NCBI GenBank assembly: GCA_040756875.1
Contig: JBFLYH010000003.1
Coordinates: 96,001-160,000, forward strand
Direction of reading: 5' to 3'
From: a candidate division FCPU426 bacterium
Lineage (GTDB): Bacteria > Oederibacteriota > JAAXVQ01 > JAUVAV01
Length of the DNA stretch: 64,000 nucleotides
In this document: positions 55,986 through 64,000 of the stretch, piece by piece
How positions within the stretch are numbered: the stretch's first letter is position 1
Layout of the letters: every line of letters begins with the position of its first letter
Notes under the pieces: generated by a model
The model's database searches: none
What the model was told of the DNA's origin: nothing
Seen by the model: only the letters and a program-made list of their open reading frames with translations
Made by a program: the position numbers and the translations under genes

Positions 55986-58328
55986 ATGCCCATGAAAAAA
56001 ACCTTATTGTTCTCGTTTCTATGCCTCCTGGCCTGGCAGCCTGCGCTGAGCCTGGCTTCCATGATCGACGCCCAGCCCCAGCCGGTCGGGTTCGACGGCC
56101 AGCGCTACAGCGCCTCGTCCCGCTACAATGTCGTGGCGCGCGTGGAACTGACTGCCGATGCCTCGGGCGGCACGCTCAATTCCATCTTCTTCTACAACGA
56201 CTTGCACGCCCTGGCGGCCGAGGAAGGCCTGGACATCGTGTCCGGCAGCACCCGGCTGTGGTACGCCTATCCGGACACCGGGAGCCTCAACACCACCACG
56301 GCCCAGCTGGTCGGGACCTTCACCTACTACTCCCCCACGTTCTGGGAGCTGGTGTCCCTGAACCAATGGGTCCGCGACAGCGGCTGCCTGTATGTGACCG
56401 TGGACATTACAGCCGGGCCGCGCGAGAACGCCATTTGCGCGTTCTACACCAAGGCCTACGAAATGGAATTCGACAATTATTCCTTCACCGCCCCCAGCAG
56501 CGACTCGCCCGCCTCTCCGCCCGCGATTTACCTCACCTCCTACACCGCGCCCACGCAGCTGGACGCTTCCGCAAGCAAGCTGCACCCCCCGACCGTGTCC
56601 ACGGGGCAGACCGCCACTTTCCTGGAATTCACGCTGGACAACGTGGGCGGCGGCCTGACCGGGCCCGTGTTTCTCAGCGGCCTGACCGTCACGGTGCGTG
56701 ACCAGGGCGGCGCCGTGCTCGCGCCCAACCAGCTGTTCGACAGCCTGGGCCTGCGCGACAGCGTGACCGACGCGGTGCTGTCCTTCGTGGCCGCGCCGCC
56801 GTCCGCAGCCACGGGCGTGTACTTCCCGCTCGCGGTCTCAATATCCGCGGCCGTGGACCGCAGGCTCAAGCTGTTCGGCACGGTCACGTCCAACACGGCC
56901 ACGGCCGTGGCGTTCCGCCTGGGCTGGGAGCAGGCGGCTGACGCCGACGCCCGGTACCTGTACACCGGCGCGCCGGTCACCGTGGCGCCGGCTTCGGGGT
57001 TCGCTTTCCCCCTGCAGACCGACCTGATCCCCGTGCAGCTGGCCGCCTCGCAGCTGCAGGTGTACCACACGCCGGGCCTGCCCGACCAAACCGTGGTCCT
57101 GCGCGGCGACACCAACGTCGCGCCCGTTTACTTCACGTTCCTCAATCCGGGCACCACCGGCACGTCGCGCGTGGATGTCACGCACCTGACCCTGACGGTC
57201 ACGGACGGGTCGGGCAACACCCTGTCGCCGGCCTCGGTCTTCACGCGCGTGGCCGTGACCGGCAGCCTGCTGTACGGCGAAATCACGTCCCTGCCCGCCA
57301 CGGGCAGCGACATCACCATTTCCCTGAGCAACAGCTACATCGGCGTGCCGGTGTACCAGCCGGTCACGGTCACCGTGCAGGCGGACATCCATCCCACGGC
57401 CAACACCGTGGCCTTCAGGCTGCAACTGGCCGGTTCCGGCGCCGTGGTGGCGCAGGACGCCAACACCCTGCAGGGCGTGCCCGTGGTGGCGGCGTTCGCC
57501 TCGGACCCGTTCCCCATGATCTCTCCCACCGTGCGCCTGGCCAGTTCTTTCCTGGTCACCAGCCAGTCCCTGGCGCCGGCCACGCTGTATCCCGGCCAGC
57601 AGACCGCCCTGCTGGACCTGACGTTCACGCATCCCGGGCCCGCGGACCTCGGGCCCCTGGTCCTGCTCGGCCTGACCCTGACCAGCCGGGACCAAAACCA
57701 GAACCCCGTGATCCTCTCGGCTGTGTGCAGCGAGGTCCTGCTGCGCGCGGCGGACAACACCCTCCTCGGCCAGGCGGCTCCGCCCGCGGCCGGGAGCCAG
57801 GTGTTCCTGGCCGTGCCCGCGCTGTCCGTGGCGCCCTTTGCCTCGGCGCGCGTCCGCGTGGAAGTGAAGCTGCTCAGCCAGCCGCAGGCCGGCACGTTCA
57901 GCCTGGGCCTGGAAGCCGCGGCCTCGGTCAGCGTCACCCAGCCGCTCGATCCCACGCGGCCGGTGTACGTGTCCGCTAGCTGGCCCCTGTTCTCCGCGGC
58001 GGCGGCCGTGGGCGGCGGCGAAGGCAGGCTGCGCCTGGCGAATTACCCCAATCCCTTCGGCGCGGGCCGGGAAAGCACGCGGATCGCGTATTACCTGGCC
58101 TCGCCTTCCACGGTCACGGCCGTGCTCTACACCCTGGCCGGCGACCAGGTCTGCACCCTGGCCCAGGGCGCCTACCAGGCGGCCGGCGAGCAGGTGCTGG
58201 TGTGGAACGGCCGCACGGCCAGCGGCGCGGTGGTGAGGAACGGCGTTTACCTTCTGCGCTTGGAGGCAGTGCCCGCGGCTGACGGCAGCGCGGTCATCCA
58301 AGTCCGCAAAGTGGCGGTGGTGAAATGA
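55986..58328 (+). CDS. Secreted beta-sandwich repeat protein with T9SS-like/FlgD-type C-terminal domain
   Basis: Signal peptide MKKTLLFSFLCLLAWQPALS; three to four similar ~170-aa Ig-like modules; C-terminus NYPNPF...TRIAYYL...LYTLAG...VWNGRTASG..VRNGVYLL...RKVAVVK. Confidence 0.85.
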   Translation: MPMKKTLLFSFLCLLAWQPALSLASMIDAQPQPVGFDGQRYSASSRYNVVARVELTADASGGTLNSIFFYNDLHALAAEEGLDIVSGSTRLWYAYPDTGSLNTTTAQLVGTFTYYSPTFWELVSLNQWVRDSGCLYVTVDITAGPRENAICAFYTKAYEMEFDNYSFTAPSSDSPASPPAIYLTSYTAPTQLDASASKLHPPTVSTGQTATFLEFTLDNVGGGLTGPVFLSGLTVTVRDQGGAVLAPNQLFDSLGLRDSVTDAVLSFVAAPPSAATGVYFPLAVSISAAVDRRLKLFGTVTSNTATAVAFRLGWEQAADADARYLYTGAPVTVAPASGFAFPLQTDLIPVQLAASQLQVYHTPGLPDQTVVLRGDTNVAPVYFTFLNPGTTGTSRVDVTHLTLTVTDGSGNTLSPASVFTRVAVTGSLLYGEITSLPATGSDITISLSNSYIGVPVYQPVTVTVQADIHPTANTVAFRLQLAGSGAVVAQDANTLQGVPVVAAFASDPFPMISPTVRLASSFLVTSQSLAPATLYPGQQTALLDLTFTHPGPADLGPLVLLGLTLTSRDQNQNPVILSAVCSEVLLRAADNTLLGQAAPPAAGSQVFLAVPALSVAPFASARVRVEVKLLSQPQAGTFSLGLEAAASVSVTQPLDPTRPVYVSASWPLFSAAAAVGGGEGRLRLANYPNPFGAGRESTRIAYYLASPSTVTAVLYTLAGDQVCTLAQGAYQAAGEQVLVWNGRTASGAVVRNGVYLLRLEAVPAADGSAVIQVRKVAVVK

Positions 58329-60055
58329 TGAAGCCTCTCCTTCTCATTGGTTTGGGCCTGGGATTGACGCTGGCCGCGCCGCAGGTTGCGCCTGCCGGCC
58401 AGGACGCGGGCAGCGACTCGGTGCTGGAAATGGGAGCCGGCGCGCGGGCCGTGGCCATGGGCCGCACGGGCGTGGTCGAGGACCAGTCCGCCTATGCCGC
58501 GCAGTGGAACCCCGGCAGCCTGGGCTTCCTGCCCAGGCCGGCGGCGGCCGTGCAGCACGCGGCCCTGTTCGGCGACGCCAGGCACGAAAGCCTGGCCGTG
58601 GTTTATCCCACCCTGGATTACGGCACGTTCTCCCTGATCCTCATGCGCCTGGACCTGGCCGGCGTCGAAGGCCGGGACGCGGACAACCTTCCGACCGGCG
58701 AATTTTCCTTCGTGGAGCAGCAGGCTTCCCTGGGCTACGGCTACCCGGTGTGGGGGCCCTTGTCCCTGGGCGCGGCGCTCAAGGTGCACGACCTGCGCCT
58801 GGCCGGTTACGCGGGCACGGGCGTGGGCGTGGATGCCGGCGCACTGGCCCGCTTCCCCCTGGAAACCGTGTGGCTCGAGGAAGTGGCCGTGGCCGCGGCC
58901 TGCCGCAACCTGGTCGGGCCGTCCCTGCGCCTGCACCAGGAAACCGATCGCCTGCCGGCCGGCTACCGCGCGGGCGCGGCTGCGCGCTTCTCGTTCATCG
59001 ACTCGATCCCCGACTCCCTGTGGGTGCGGGCCGAGGCGGAAAAAGGCGAGCAATCCGACTGGCGCCTGCACGCGGGCGTGGAGTACAGCCTGTACGACAG
59101 CGTGGCCGTGCGCGGCGGCTGGGACCAGGAATATTTTTCCGCCGGCGCAGGCGTGACCTACGCGGGCTTCAGCCTGGACTACGCGGTCAGCTTTCCGGTC
59201 CTGGGCCTGCGCCATTTGGTGACCCTGTCCGTGGCCCTGGGCAAGGACATGGCCGCCCAGCGCGCCGAGCGGACCTCGCAGGAAGAAAAGCGGCGCCAGG
59301 AAATCGTGGCCAACCTGCAGAAGAAGATCATTGCGGACTACCGGCGCCAGGCCCAGGCCAGCGCGGCCAAGCGCGACTTCAGCGAGGCGGCCAAGGGTTG
59401 GGAAAAGATCCTGGATTGGGACCCGAACGACGCCGAGGCCCGCGAGCAGCTGGCCGTGGCCCAGCGCGAAATCATCCGCCAGCAAAACGCGCAGGACATC
59501 CAGGACGCGCAGGAGCAAATGCGCAAGCAGGAGTACATCGACGTGCTGGTTTCCTGCCAGCAGGTGCTGGAGCGCGATCCTGAAAACGAAATCGCCAAGG
59601 CCCTGTACGACCAGGCCGAGAAAAAGGCCTCGCGCCTGGGCAGTTACTCCCTCAACACCAACTTCAAGCAGCTGGAAAACATCCGCGAGGAGTACCAGCT
59701 GGGCTTGAAGGCCTATACCCAGCGCCGGTTCAGCGAAGCCATCACGCACTGGGAAAAGGTCATCGAAACCACGCCCCTGCAGAAGCAGGTGTACCGCTAC
59801 CTGCAGAGCGCCCGGCAGCGCGTGCTCGCGGCCCAGGAGAAAAAGACCGCCCCAACCGCGCCGGCCGAGCCCACCAAGCAGCAGAAGCTGTACAAGGAAG
59901 CGGTCGAGCAGTCGCGCAACGGCAACCTGAAAGCCGCGGTGCGGACGTGGGAAAAACTGGTCAAGGAGAACCCCGAGGACCAGGACGCCAAGCAGAATTT
60001 CGAGGAGACGAGGAAGAACCTGATCGACAGCCAGAAGAAAGGGATCAGCTGGTAG
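58325..60055 (+). CDS. PorV/FadL-like beta-barrel fused to C-terminal TPR-like helical repeats
   Basis: Signal peptide; GAGARAVAMG...AQWNPGSLG; strands ending LDYAV...LGLRHLVTLSV; then repeats such as WEKILDWDPNDAEA, VLERDPENEIA and WEKLVKENPEDQDA. Confidence 0.8.
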   Translation: MMKPLLLIGLGLGLTLAAPQVAPAGQDAGSDSVLEMGAGARAVAMGRTGVVEDQSAYAAQWNPGSLGFLPRPAAAVQHAALFGDARHESLAVVYPTLDYGTFSLILMRLDLAGVEGRDADNLPTGEFSFVEQQASLGYGYPVWGPLSLGAALKVHDLRLAGYAGTGVGVDAGALARFPLETVWLEEVAVAAACRNLVGPSLRLHQETDRLPAGYRAGAAARFSFIDSIPDSLWVRAEAEKGEQSDWRLHAGVEYSLYDSVAVRGGWDQEYFSAGAGVTYAGFSLDYAVSFPVLGLRHLVTLSVALGKDMAAQRAERTSQEEKRRQEIVANLQKKIIADYRRQAQASAAKRDFSEAAKGWEKILDWDPNDAEAREQLAVAQREIIRQQNAQDIQDAQEQMRKQEYIDVLVSCQQVLERDPENEIAKALYDQAEKKASRLGSYSLNTNFKQLENIREEYQLGLKAYTQRRFSEAITHWEKVIETTPLQKQVYRYLQSARQRVLAAQEKKTAPTAPAEPTKQQKLYKEAVEQSRNGNLKAAVRTWEKLVKENPEDQDAKQNFEETRKNLIDSQKKGISW

Positions 60056-60071
60056 GAGGGTAGCAAAAACC

Positions 60072-60110
60072 AAAGGGGACAGCAGGCATTCAGCCTGCTG
60101 TCCCCTTTTT
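60072..60110. terminator. Intrinsic terminator between convergent genes
   Basis: AAAGGGGACAGCAGGC-ATTCA-GCCTGCTGTCCCCTTTTT. Confidence 0.85.
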
Positions 60111-60126
60111 CATTTCCCGGCCCGGT

Positions 60127-60537
60127 TCACAGCTTCGCGGCAAACTCCTCGAAGGCTGCGTCAGGCTGGGGCCCGCGAAATTTGAATATAGCGGCCACCC
60201 GGCCGCCGTGACTGGACACCGTCTCGGCCATTTTTTTCAGAGACGAGCCCACGGCCAGCTTGTAGGTGCAGAAGAGCGCCACCTTTTTCCCCGCCAGGTC
60301 AGGCAGGGTCCGGGCAAACTGCCGGAAGGGTTTGCTGGGCTGCTGCAAAATGATGAACAGCCCGCTGATCCAGCACCCCAGGAAAAGCATGTCCGCCCGC
60401 TTCAAGGCCGCGGGATCAGCGGCCTGCACGTCCACCGCTGAGCATTGATGGCCTTTAGCCTTCAGGATGTTGGCCATGGCTTCCGCGGCTTTTTTGGTGA
60501 TGCCGGTCTTGCTGTCGTACACGATCGAGATGTTCAT
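60127..60537 (-). CDS. Flavodoxin-family protein
   Basis: IVYDSKTGITKKAAEAM FMN loop, DMLFLGCW and GKKVALFCT motifs; GGAGG RBS. Confidence 0.8.
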   Translation of the reverse strand: MNISIVYDSKTGITKKAAEAMANILKAKGHQCSAVDVQAADPAALKRADMLFLGCWISGLFIILQQPSKPFRQFARTLPDLAGKKVALFCTYKLAVGSSLKKMAETVSSHGGRVAAIFKFRGPQPDAAFEEFAAKL

Positions 60538-60672
60538 GCGCAACCCCTCCTCCTGGTTTTAAGTGGGTTGTATTGTACCATAGTCCAGCCGGCTGGAAGG
60601 CAAGACTGCGCTTGGCCGTGCCATTCGGACATCCAACCAACGTCCCCCATTATTCCGGCCCCATGCGCCGGT

Positions 60673-61251
60673 TCAGAATTGCGCCTTGACCCTCCAGCGG
60701 GATTCCTGTTTCAGATGATAATCCCGCGGTGTTTCGATGGCCAGGATCTTCCCGCGGGCATACTCCACCAGCGCCGTAAAGTAGCCCGCCAGGTATTCCT
60801 TGCGCACCTCGCTGAATTCGGGGAAATCGCGCACCACAAAATCGCAGGTCATGAACCGGTTTTCCATTTTATAATTTTCAATCACGGCCACGCCCTGGTC
60901 ATTGTATTGGCGCCAGATTTTCGCCACGCGGTTGAGGACAAACTCCATGCTCGCCATGCGAAAAAATATTCTATACACGCCTTTGATTTCGCAATTGGCG
61001 ATGGCCTTGCCCAATTCCCTGACAGGCTTGGCGGCTTCTGGGAAGAGCATCCGGGCCGCGACATAAAAAATGCTTTTTTCGCCTGAACTGGTGTCATCTT
61101 CAACGCGCGTCACGGCCAGGGCGTTGAGATAGACCTCTTTTTCCTTGGGCAGCAATTTTTCCAAAAAAACCTGCTCGAACTCGGGACCGCGGGCCCGGAT
61201 CAATTCCCGCATGCTGACGAACGGCGCCCCTTTAAAGCTGGTCGCGGACAT
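60673..61251 (-). CDS. Hypothetical protein, DUF2378/V4R-like ligand-binding fold
   Basis: KG..F, LG..IA...IKGVYRIFFR...IWRQYNDQG and YLAGYF pattern; family call from memory only. Confidence 0.5.
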   Translation of the reverse strand: MSATSFKGAPFVSMRELIRARGPEFEQVFLEKLLPKEKEVYLNALAVTRVEDDTSSGEKSIFYVAARMLFPEAAKPVRELGKAIANCEIKGVYRIFFRMASMEFVLNRVAKIWRQYNDQGVAVIENYKMENRFMTCDFVVRDFPEFSEVRKEYLAGYFTALVEYARGKILAIETPRDYHLKQESRWRVKAQF

Positions 61252-61483
61252 GGCAGCTCCTCCCACCGGCAGATGGCGTTATTATACCACCAAACCCGCA
61301 AGGGATATGGATGTCTGCCATAAAGGAATGCGCCTCCGGCAGCAGGGATCACTGCAGGAGAAAAACCAATTGACGGTTGAAAAAGGCGGATATAGAATCG
61401 CATTGAAATTTGATTTTTATCAAGTGACCAGGCCCCTGAAGCGCCATTCACTAGTCTCACTTTAACGAAGGACTCTCATTATC

Positions 61484-62665
61484 ATGCTGCGGCTTATCGG
61501 GTGGTTCATCTACTATGTGCTGTTATGGCCGTGGCGCCTGGCAGGGCTTTTCGTCAAGTACCCCGACCTTTCCCGGCTCTATCGTTTCCCCTTCGGCGTC
61601 TTCGAGGCCCCTAATGTCGTGATCGAGCCCACCGCCGCATGCAATCTCAGGTGCGTGGACTGCTACCGGGGGAGCAACCTCCCGGACAAGCAGCATGCCG
61701 TGATGACCTTGCCGGAGATCAAAAAGTACGTCGACGACGCCCTGGCCCTCCGTAACTTCCATACCCTCTCCATCCTCGGCGGCGAACCGCTCCTCTACGA
61801 CCAGCTCGACGAAGTCATTGCCTATGCCGCGGGCAAGTGCGGCAGCGTGGGCATGTATACCAATGGCGTGCTGCTCGACGAGCAGCGGGCCCGGAAGCTC
61901 AAGGCGGCCGGGCTGGGCAGCTGTTACATCCACGTCGACCGGCATCAAGGCCGCGGGTCCGACGAGGATCAGATCATGCGCCTCCGGCAGCAGTACTGCG
62001 ACATGTTCCGCGCCCTGGGCGGCGTCAACCTCAGCCTCGGCGTCACCTTCCACCGGGAGGACTTGCCCTACCTCGATCAGATGGTCAGCCTGACGCGGCA
62101 AAACGCCGATGTGGTGAAAGTCGTGGGGCTCAGTTTGGTGGGGGCTTCTTATTTGCCGCGGTCCACGCAGCTGTCCACCTTCATCCATTTTCTCAAAGAG
62201 AGCGATCAGGTCGACCTCTTCCAGCGGCAGATGATCAAGCGCATCCAGGAGGCTTTTGGCATTGAATATTCCGCCTATTTGGGCAGCAAGTTCCGCCCGA
62301 AAGTGCCGGGCAAGATCGTGGCGCTCAGCGCCTACCGGCAGGGAAAGCTGCTCGGCTCAATGACAGGCGAGGAATTCAAGGCTGCCACTGACGCCTATTT
62401 CCAGGAACACGGCAAGTACCCCTACGTGCTGAGCCGCGAGGGGTTCAGCGCCATAGGGTCTCATTGCCGCCGGTTTGGCGACAATGTCGACTGGCAGTTA
62501 GTGGCGGTCTCGTTAAGCCCGCTTCTGCTGCCCGAACTGGCGGTGAATGTTTGCCATACGTGCATGGACTGCGTGCTCTATCAGGGCCATTTCGTCCCTA
62601 TGTGCGTGCTGGAGCATGTCAAACAGGACAATCCGGTGGTGCTTAACAGCGTGCGCTATTGGTGA
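61484..62665 (+). CDS. Radical SAM protein with hydrophobic N-terminus
   Basis: CNLRCVDC, LGGEPLL and YTNG motifs; C-terminal CHTCMDC...PMC cysteine cluster. Confidence 0.88.
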   Translation: MLRLIGWFIYYVLLWPWRLAGLFVKYPDLSRLYRFPFGVFEAPNVVIEPTAACNLRCVDCYRGSNLPDKQHAVMTLPEIKKYVDDALALRNFHTLSILGGEPLLYDQLDEVIAYAAGKCGSVGMYTNGVLLDEQRARKLKAAGLGSCYIHVDRHQGRGSDEDQIMRLRQQYCDMFRALGGVNLSLGVTFHREDLPYLDQMVSLTRQNADVVKVVGLSLVGASYLPRSTQLSTFIHFLKESDQVDLFQRQMIKRIQEAFGIEYSAYLGSKFRPKVPGKIVALSAYRQGKLLGSMTGEEFKAATDAYFQEHGKYPYVLSREGFSAIGSHCRRFGDNVDWQLVAVSLSPLLLPELAVNVCHTCMDCVLYQGHFVPMCVLEHVKQDNPVVLNSVRYW

Positions 62666-62674
62666 GGGGTCAGG

Positions 62675-62899
62675 CTATTTATAATAGGCGACATAATAGT
62701 CCAAAACCCTGCGGATCATCTTTTGGTAATGGAATCGTTTTTTCTTCGCATGCGCCTTAAAAAATTCCACACTGGCCTTGCTGAGCGTGATCGTCACCTT
62801 GACCTGGTCGGATTTTTCCGCCAGTTTTTCGGGCGGTGGCAGAAAATCATCCACCACTTTCAGCTTCATGGGCTCATGGGTATATTTTATTTTTTTCAT
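62675..62899 (-). CDS. BrnA/CopG-like ribbon-helix-helix antitoxin
   Basis: KIKYTHEP...VVDDFLPPPEKL...KVTITLSK..VEFFK...YQKMIRRVLDYY. Confidence 0.75.
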   Translation of the reverse strand: MKKIKYTHEPMKLKVVDDFLPPPEKLAEKSDQVKVTITLSKASVEFFKAHAKKKRFHYQKMIRRVLDYYVAYYK

Positions 62900-62963
62900 G
62901 ATACACCTTCCTTCCGCGCCTCCAGTATCCCGCTCCGATGATCCTGATTTTATGATTGCGGAT
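62874..62963 (-). pseudogene. 3' remnant of a BrnT-family toxin gene
   Basis: Reads IRNHKIRIIGAGYWRRGRKVYHEKNKIYP*, overlapping the antitoxin start. Upstream the frame meets TGA at ~63004 with no ATG/GTG/TTG start. Confidence 0.7.
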
Positions 62964-63073
62964 TGATAGTGTTTTATCGATTAGACCGGGTATATTGGAT
63001 TTTCATGCGGGGATTTTGTACTGGAAGGCCTTATAGAATGGTCATTTTGACATTTAAACAACGTCCCGGTTTA

Positions 63074-63325
63074 CTATTTACTTTTTTTTCGCGGCTTTTC
63101 GGACTTCTTTATGAGGGTTGACAGGTTGGTGCCTAAGGCTTTGGCAATAAGGTTGGCGACATGCAGCGATGGAATGCGCTTTTTACGTTCCAACAGCCCG
63201 ATGGTGGTCTTGTGCACCCCGGCTATTTGGGCCAGCTTTTCCCGGGTGATTCCCTTCTCTTCCCTGATTTCCTTGATAAGCGTTAAAAACGAGGATGTAA
63301 GCGGGTCCGTATTGGGCTGATCCAC
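63074..63325 (-). CDS. XRE-family HTH regulator (controller-protein/repressor-like)
   Basis: IKEIREEKGITREKLAQIAGVHKTTIGLLERKKRIPSL...IAKALG; GGAGG RBS, GTG start. Confidence 0.88.
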   Translation of the reverse strand: MDQPNTDPLTSSFLTLIKEIREEKGITREKLAQIAGVHKTTIGLLERKKRIPSLHVANLIAKALGTNLSTLIKKSEKPRKKSK

Positions 63326-63383
63326 AAGCTTTCCTCCGGGATTAGATAAACTTAGTAAATGCTTTTACCTGGCAAATTGCTAG

Positions 63384-63425
63384 TAGACTATTGTCTTTCT
63401 GTATGCTAGGTTGACTATAGTCTTT
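63384..63425. promoter_or_regulatory. Two palindromic operators flanking a + strand promoter
   Basis: AGACTATTGTCT (63385-63396) and TGACTATAGTCT (63412-63423), 27 bp apart; TAGACT-17-TAGGTT overlaps both. Confidence 0.6.
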
Positions 63426-63433
63426 CCCGGAGG

Positions 63434-63718
63434 ATGCCCTTGCCTTCCCAGCCCCTTCTCGATATCCATATCAGACCCGCCCCTGCCCCGGCCCCCTACA
63501 GAGCCGCTGTTGCGCAGGTGGTTTTATGTCAGAATATTTTTTTAAAGGAAATAGCGATTTTGAAATATAAGGAAGGGGTGTGGGTCCTGCTGCCAGAGCA
63601 GTTCGTAAATCGCTGCAGGAACCCAAGGGCGAAAAGGGTTTTAGAGGAGGTTGTTAGGGGGTTGGAGGGGGAGTTGAGGGAAGTAATAGTTAGCTATGTA
63701 TTTCAGGACTTCAGTTAA
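63434..63718 (+). CDS. Small protein, possibly SpoVG-like nucleic-acid-binding fold
   Basis: DIHIR...AAVAQVVL..NIFLKEIAI....EGVWVLLP...ELREVIVSYV parallels the SpoVG strand/helix pattern by eye; GGAGG directly precedes the ATG. Confidence 0.45.
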   Translation: MPLPSQPLLDIHIRPAPAPAPYRAAVAQVVLCQNIFLKEIAILKYKEGVWVLLPEQFVNRCRNPRAKRVLEEVVRGLEGELREVIVSYVFQDFS

Positions 63719-64000
63719 TTTTTCCGATGCAGCCTGACAGTTCGACCGGCAAGTGGAGTGATCGTCAGGTGAGTACCATCACTATAACCACCACTTCACA
63801 TTAGACTTAATGGGGAACATTACACAGTTCCGTTCAAACCGTTCACTTTACAAATAAAAAGCAGCCCGTCCCTGCCGCTTTTGTTTTATTCCCAATGTAT
63901 ATGAGAATAAAACCCATGCATGTGTGTGATTTTATTTTAGACGGAGCATGGTTTAATACACTTCTTGGCTTTTTTTAGCCTCGAGTTCTTTCCCAAAATC

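Noticed and set aside
63953-64000. Possible C-terminal end of a minus-strand gene (...DFGKELEAKKSQEVY*)
   Set aside because: Only 15 codons visible at the window edge; cannot be supported.

Overview
A 64-kb window of a high-GC bacterial chromosome, most likely a diderm anaerobe from a poorly characterised lineage (inferred from MlaEFD, outer-membrane barrels, ThiH, and Firmicutes-like neighbourhoods such as DUF2232-rplI-dnaB, ComFB, YqeK and LCP-LytR_C). Left: a giant secreted minus-strand gene (>4140 aa, start 12422, running off the left edge and therefore absent from the ORF track) with RHS/YD-like repeats and an array of about 38 54-aa repeats. Middle: housekeeping genes (rpsF-ssb-rpsR-DUF2232-rplI, dnaB-alr-mlaEFD-radA-ispD-ispF, thiSGHE, argS, LCP), a BirA-type-regulated bioB-A-F-G-C-D block with an ADP-ribosylglycohydrolase, yqeK and a sugar ABC transporter. 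Right: a mirror-symmetric surface-export locus. Two divergent arms each encode a secreted cargo ending in a T9SS-like/FlgD-type C-terminal domain, translationally coupled to its own PorV/FadL-like barrel (one fused to FlgD-like and OmpA domains, one to TPR-like helices). A MerR-HTH + ComFB pair heads the arm carrying a 3125-aa Thr/Pro-repeat protein. The last ~3.5 kb is lower in GC and accessory-like (radical SAM, orphan BrnA with a brnT remnant, XRE/SpoVG-like divergent switch). Candidate non-coding elements: a 6S-like rod RNA, GTAG-type REP palindromes and structured leaders. No rRNA, tRNA, CRISPR array, integrase or transposase was seen. All family assignments are by-eye motif recognition; no database search was run.
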